DNA of 64,000 bases, taken from positions 1-64,000 of the forward strand of contig ADNK01000436.1 of NCBI GenBank assembly GCA_000320545.1. The letters are read 5' to 3'. The DNA is from Bigelowiella natans CCMP2755 (Eukaryota; Protista; Cercozoa). Made by a program: the position numbers and the translations under genes. Shown piece after piece: positions 57,313 through 64,000 of the stretch. Each line of letters opens with the position of its first letter. The stretch's first letter is position 1. The notes below the pieces were generated by a model that was not told the DNA's origin, made no database searches, and was given only the letters and a program-made list of their open reading frames with translations.

Positions 57313-58628
57313 ATGAGCAACCAGTATCGCGTCCAGCTGAACGGGGATGATGGCGAGCGCCCTGGATCCAACCGCAAAGATTCGTTATGCTTACGGCCGA
57401 GGGTGTCTATTTTAGCCGTTGTTGGAGTCGTCTTCATCTTGTTCATGGCTTTCGCGGTCCCATTGATTGTGGTTTCCTCTAAAAAGGAGAGCGATAACGA
57501 CGGGAATTCGAGTACGTATTATCTCTCTCCCCTTCCCCCCTTCTTCCCTCATGTAAAGGACCTTTTCGTTAAAACCCAATCGATGTACGCTTGCATTTTG
57601 AACTAGGTGCTTGCCCCCTGCTCCCCGCGGAAGATGCAGCTGTTGAGTCGACCAGTTTCAGCGAAATTACAGTATTTAGCGATGAGTTTTACCAGTACGC
57701 TGATCGAGGAGTGACAATGGAGCTTCTCTCCCTTGCTCCTTACAGCTACGGCTATCTAGAAGGGCCTCTCTGGGATGAAGAAACGCAATCTGTGCTATTC
57801 TCTGATGTTGCTGGAAACTCGATATATTCGTGGAACAATCGCACTGGTGTGAGCGTCTTTCTTCGTCCTGCTGGATATATAGGCGCCCTGACTAATGCTG
57901 GTGTCCCCTTCCCTGGTCCAAATGGGCAGATCTTCGGTAGCACCAACAATGGCCGCAAACACGTCTTTTGCCAACAGGGAGAAGCCCGCATCGTAGAGGT
58001 CTCCATCCTGGAAAGCTTCACTCCAATTGCAGAGGAATACGACGGGAAGAAATTTCTTTCCCCGAACGATGTCGTACAGGACGACTTTGGATGGTATTGG
58101 TTCACTGACCTTAACATTGGAAGACTAGGCAATGCCGACCGCGTCAACGTTACGGGTGTCTACGCGGCGAAGAACGGGACTGTGGTTCGTGTGATTGACG
58201 ATGTGGTGAATCCCAATGGCATCGCCCACTCAAGCGACAACTCGGTGCTTGTGAGTCAGTCAGGAAATATGTCCTCGAATTCTATAGCCATCGCCTGGAA
58301 GTACTATTTCGAGAGGATCCCTGCGCTTGACAACCAACCTGTGAGTACGACAAATCGAACGGTGTTCATTGATGCAACTCCATTTCGGGCACAGTACGGG
58401 TGGATAGGGCATGGTGATGGGATGAAGTTGGACCAGTTTGGGAACGCTTGGATGGCCATGCCCGGTGGTATTCTCTGCGTGAATAAACAAGGGGAGCTCT
58501 TAGCCCGGCTCGACGTACAGGCGACAGCGACTAACGTATGGATTGCATCTGGTGGGGGGCGGCAGCCTTACATATACTTCACAACCGCGACACCAAATCG
58601 ATTAATTCGACTTCGTTTGAAAGCGTAG
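57313..58628 (+). CDS. SMP-30/gluconolactonase/LRE family protein with N-terminal transmembrane anchor
   Basis: LEGPLW..LFSDV..GPNG..YDGKKFLSPNDVV..WFTD..NPNGIA..GDGMKLDQFGNAW..ATNV motifs. Exon 1 encodes a hydrophobic helix. Single intron ~57512-57606. Confidence 0.9.
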
Positions 58629-59679
58629 CTGGCAATTAGAGGATAGCTTACTCGCAGATGCGAAGCCAGTGCCAGATGATGATACCTTCCTTCCTGCTTA
58701 TATGAGAAGGATGTAATGATATGATTAAATCTTTTCAATTGTCCTCCTAATGTAGCTATGCAATGCGGCGGCAAAAGTGCTAATGTTGTGTCTATTGGTT
58801 GTGTACTGACACTTATATGTAGCTTGTCGTATTTGTCGTATTTTCACCAGTGTGTAAGACATGTTTTTGTCTGCTAGCATCAATGTACGTGAAATAAGAA
58901 AACATCGATCGCATGGTGAAGAATTTGCGCAAGCGTATTTTGTAGGGACTTATTCTACATAAACCATGCACATGAAGGCGCCGTAAACAATTTCATATGC
59001 AACACGAATATACGCTGCAGTCGTAGGTGCACATGCTAGCTACGCACGCTACATTCTGTTAGCTTTTGCTCATTGACATTTGCATCAAAATGAACAAGCA
59101 TCTATTGTTAATTGCAGTGATCAAATACATCATCTTTGTATTGTAAATGAAAAATCTGCTGCACTAGTGCGTACGTAGCGGCATATCACACATGTAATGA
59201 ATGTTACGACGTATCGCTGCATTGCTTGATTGCTTGCACATACGTAAGCCTAGATCACCTATGCTGCCCGTCAATAAGAGGAATGCATGATGTATTATTC
59301 CGAGCACAACTGGTGCATGTGTTGCTAACTTCCAAGCCGCCGCCAGCGGCTTGTTATAGCTATGTCGAACTACATGCGATATCTAACCAAGCCAGGTGCG
59401 CAACAAGAGGGAGCCTTAAATGAGAATAGTGAGAAGATACTGTACTAAACGAACGTTCAGTGGTAAGGTTAAGATTCTAGGATTGTCGTACTGGATAAAT
59501 TGATAGCCATTAGTGTGAGTAGGACATTGAAGCGATCTGCAAATCATGGATTCTTCGGACCCGTCTGAGCTCCTTCAATGAGTTTGAACCTCAGTAAATA
59601 CCCTTTTTGCAGTATTTTGCTGTTAATGGGAGTATGCACATCTCACACCGGCGGCATTGAAAACATTAAAATGTTCCGC

Positions 59680-60069
59680 TTATTTCCCGCATCGCTGACA
59701 TTCCCATTCCTGGTCGTCCAAAGGACACACGCTTCGTGTCTTCAGCCATCGTTCTATACAATGAAAATGGAATGCGTGCTGACACACGCCCCATGCTATT
59801 GTACAATCAGCACTTTGAGACTGATTTGCTTGGCACTCTATGCACAGCTCCATGAGAAGGTTTCTGCAGATGGCACAGACGTTAACCTCGATATCCCATG
59901 TCCACATGGCCACTGCATTCCACTTCTTCAGCTCTACTCTCCGCGCCTGCGAAGGCTGTTTACGAAAGTACAGTACAACCAATGTTTAATGACAGACAAA
60001 TTGCAGAAGTATTTGCATACACATTGTATGTATGATAAAATTAAGTAAATATAAATATAAATATGTGCG

Positions 60070-60108
<39 letters not shown>

Positions 60109-60288
60109 CTTCCATTCCATTTACCCAAAGATATCTCTCCTCTCAAATAGATAAACTTGATTCATTACAATGTTTTTGATATTTTTTTTCTTCTTGGTTT
60201 CTGAGGGAGATATCTTGGAGGGAGCGGCGGCGGTGGCGGCGTCGGCAGCAGCAGTGTCTGCACCAGGAGCTTTTTTGCTCGCATCCAT
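59680..60288 (-). CDS. RBX1: RING-box protein 1 (RBX1/ROC1-like), 2 exons (60169-60288, 59680-59946)
   Basis: [61 protein letters not shown]; phase-0 GT-AG intron. Confidence 0.93.
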
Positions 60289-60963
60289 CGTAGGGAGGGG
60301 CGAAAGATGGGGTGACTGTTTGATGGAGATACATCGAAAAACATTTATGCAAATTCAAAATCCAACCTTATCCTACATAGTCCATCTGCGACAGTCCTTC
60401 ATATTTTCTACGATAAACCTTGCCTAAAAAATGGTCTAAAAAATGTTTGAGGCTGGGGAAATTTCCGGCGGCAGTCTCCCGACAAAGGACAGAACCGGTA
60501 AACAGAGACAAGGATTCCCTCGTCGCAGAGAAAATTTGGCCATCCGAACTTCGCATTGCTGTTTCCTAAATTCACAGCGGAAATACTTCAGAACGCCCTG
60601 CGTTTCTACCTTTTACAGAGGTGAAACGCTCATCTCAGAGGCAGTTGCCGCGAAACGCCTCGATCCTACATGGGGCACTTGCAGGCAGAATTGCCGCGAG
60701 CGACAGCGCATATGTGCAATCTGAACGCAAAAGGGATTTGCACTATTCCTCCGAGAAGTTGTCTGCCCTCTTCAGGCCTGTATCGTATTGCATATTGTTC
60801 GCCCATCCAGCACCTCGAGGTGGGGAGAGAAAGCGAGCACGAGAGTGGATAGGACGGAAATCCAGAACAAAACGATAGGGAAGCAGCATTCTGCGTCTGA
60901 AGGAAGAGAGGAAACCTACCAGAGACATATCAGCAACTTCTTCGAATTCGAAAGAAGAAACAG

Positions 60964-62069
60964 ATGGCGGCCTCCTCTTCCTCCTCGTCGATTCAGAGTC
61001 ATGCGGAGGCGCAGACAGCAATACGCAACTTGTACGACATCCGTAATGTAGCTAGTGTTGTGACCTATCTATTCAGCCAAGTCTCCGAACTCAAGCGGCG
61101 ACAGCAGCTTGACACCGATTTTCGGATAAACCGGTTGCAATCTCTGGGCAATCAGCTCGGACTGCCCCCTTATCCACAGCCACAAGGAGCTGGAGTAGGT
61201 GTAGCTAATGTTGATACAGGTGGTGACAAGAAAGGCGATGCGAAATCGGCTGCGGCCAACTCTGTTACAGTGGTGAAGGACTTGCTGGGGAATCCTGCGA
61301 AACCTCCCTCGGAGCCCGTCCCTCCAGAGATCGCCGCAATGCATGCTGCAGAGAATGCAATGGATAAGAAACTCGTTAATCGGATTGCTACCCTAGAGCG
61401 GGCAATGATGCTTGGAGAGGATGGACAAGACAGCGGCGATGACGGTAAAAGCTCCAGCAACAACGACGGCAGTAACGGTAGCAACGGTGACGAGAGGGTC
61501 AAAGCAATGCTGCAAATAAGAAGGCAGTTCATCCAGCTCTCGTTCCGGTTCGAGAAGCTGTGCAAGGAGGGAGAGGGGGAAAGGGAATTATTCGCGAAGG
61601 GCACCATGCTCGCTTTCCAAAAAGACGTGGAAGGAATGAAAGATGAGTTGGACGGTTTTAAGAGGCGCCTTGAAGACATGGCGAGCGATGACGAAGATGA
61701 GAATTTCTCGGACGATGAGGAAGACTCTGATGACTCACAGGAGGGAGGACCGGTATGTGGTTTTGGTTCGTGAATAGTAATAGTATGCATTATTCCGGCA
61801 AACGGCCATATAACGGCAAACGGCCATAAAGTATGCCCGTTTGTATTTGTGTCCTCTCTAAATGAGTGAAATAACAGACGAATATTCTCTTTCCTAACCG
61901 CAGCCTTAAATATGGTTAGGTTCAGTTTTCAGGTCAGCCGAGGGAGGCGGATCAGGGTGGTGAGGATGCCAAGAGTGACGTAGAAGACATGGGAAGCGTC
62001 ACTGAGCAACGGGCCGGGGACGAAGAGAACGAGGCCAACGTTACGGATGAGGTTCCGTTCATACACACA

Positions 62070-62118
<49 letters not shown>

Positions 62119-63056
62119 GAACTAATCTGTCTCTTTCGCTATGTTTTCTTCTACCCTCCCCCCCCCCTAGATTCCTCCCCCTGCTGCGGGAGGAACAACA
62201 GCGCAGACCTCCAACAAACCCCGTCCATCCCCCTTAAAGACTGATGCGGCACAGATTCCGGTCAAGCGTAAGGTTTTCAGTCCGAAGAATAAAAGCGGCA
62301 AGTATGCCGGAAGTGAAGGTTCCCAGCCGTCTCACCGTAGCATCAAAAGCAAGTCGTCGAAGAAAGGCAAGATCACCACCATTAGCAGGAGCACCTCGCG
62401 CAACAGCGTTCACTCTGATAAGAGCTCGAAGAGCAAGCGTCGCCAGAGCGAGATGAAGATGAGGAAGGAGCAGGTGAGAGGCTCTTGAATGCACTATCTG
62501 TCTAAATAGGAAAGAAGATACATACACAAAGCATCGTCTTACTTTCTGTACTACCATCAACATCTTTCTCTCTCATCATCACGATCGTCAACCACAATCA
62601 TCGTCATCATTATTATAGTTCCTATCAATTCCCTCTAATAATACCTCAATGGTGCCAGGACGCGATGTTCAAGCTGAAATTGGTGGAGCTTCAATCTCAG
62701 GTTGACGACCTTCAGAAGGACCTCGAAGAGCGCCCAACACAGGATGGCATCGCGACTACCATTGCAGGACTAAAGCAGCAAGATGAGAAATCTGACGCAG
62801 AAATAGCCAGACTCAGGGTGAAGCTTCTAGAAACTAAGACACAGCTAGCTTTCAAGAGTGAGCAACTCGAGAAGCAGTCGAATCGCCTGAGCAAATGTAG
62901 GTTTTTGAAGAATTGACATGGAACACCTACTTCGTTCTTTCATCCGAGCAGTTCCTCCTCTCAGACAAAATTGGCATAGAAAAAAAATCGCACGCATTTC
63001 CCGCTGATATCCATTAGTGTGCATAGCAGACCAACAACAAGTCCACTCACACACAC

Positions 63057-63091
<35 letters not shown>

Positions 63092-64000
63092 CTTATAATA
63101 GTTTGATACGACACTAACACGTGCACGTTGGTAATTCTTCATCTTTCCCTTGTAGTGCAAGCGAGAGTTTCGAATATGGACGGCTTGGATGACACCGAGA
63201 ACGATCAGAAGAAAGCCAACAAAGACGATGAGCAAGATAAAGCGACTGGGCCTAAGAAAGTCCCACTTCCCGTACGAATCGCTCAGAACAAAGCTGTACT
63301 CAATCTCCATCGGGATTGGATTACCAAGAACAACAGGGAGCTAGGTTCCATGCGGGAGTGGATTAGGTGAGTCTGAATCGCTACGCGCGTGTGCATGCAT
63401 CTGTGTGTGTTGTGCGTGTTGGATGCGCCCATTGAGTATTGCGTGTATTTTTAGTCGGGTGCGTAGCCTGCTTAGGGACAATAGAAACAACGGGCAGTTC
63501 ACTAGCACCTTGACGGATAAGATCAGCAAACAAATTGACTCCCTGCAGAAACAAATACAAGCAAAGGCCAGCAAAACTGAGTAAGCGTGGAGGGCCTAGG
63601 GGGGGGGGGGATTGAATGCGTGCCTGTGCATCACCGACCGAGAGCACAGATCTTCATTAACAAAGGAGAGCGCCAATGATTTCTTCCAATTTACGCGCTA
63701 TTTTCAACGTGGTGCAGGAGAAAAGCCATCATCAGATCCTTTCGCAATGAAGTTCTGGTGATATGGTGTAGCAATCATATAGAGTGAGCAATGAAACGTA
63801 AAACCACCTTTCAGATCCGAAACGATCGACAGGTCTCCTAGAGTGTGATGTCACAGGGTGCATGATGATATAATGCATAGAGATGCTGTCTTGATGCTTG
63901 TGCACATATTGCTACCATCACAGCCTTCAAGCCAAGGCGAATGCGAGCGATTTTGAGAAAATCGTGGACTTTATGAACGGAGGAAGGACCCCCATACTCT
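60964..64000 (+). CDS. Hypothetical acidic/coiled-coil protein, multi-exon, runs off the window end
   Basis: First exon ORF 60964-~61752; coiled-coil exon KLVELQSQVDDLQKDLEE..; further exons to 64000; divergent from RBX1. Confidence 0.6.

Noticed and set aside
61796-61845. 15-bp direct repeat cggcaaacggccata x2 with a partial inverted copy in an intron
   Set aside because: Too short, with no second locus or target-site duplication, so it cannot be called a MITE or introner.

Overview
This is gene-dense eukaryotic nuclear DNA with many short spliceosomal introns filled with microsatellites ((TA)n, (CA)n, (GA)n, (CAT)n, (TAG)n). A DUF3783 gene with a signal peptide plus transit-peptide-like leader, together with the form of the SKP1 domain, suggests an alga with a complex plastid, most likely a chlorarachniophyte (inference). 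Genes recognisable after manual exon joining are: a CLU-central-domain + LRR protein, an HDAC8-like class I deacetylase (with a probable GC-AG intron), an F-box/LRR protein, a SKP1-WD40 fusion, DUF3783, a DGAT2-family acyltransferase apparently preceded by a CxxC-less nucleoredoxin-like domain, an SMP-30/gluconolactonase and RBX1. About seven further multi-exon genes are hypothetical. Three signals stand out. (1) Intergenic islands have almost lost TpA while keeping CpG, and paired repeat copies differ by TA versus TG/CA, which suggests a TpA-targeted hypermutation process unlike RIP or CpG decay. (2) A spaced palindrome, CGACA-N12-TGTCG, recurs in 5' intergenic regions. (3) The SKP1-WD40 and Trx-DGAT2 domain fusions are unusual. 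Exon boundaries and counts were done by eye and are approximate unless stated.
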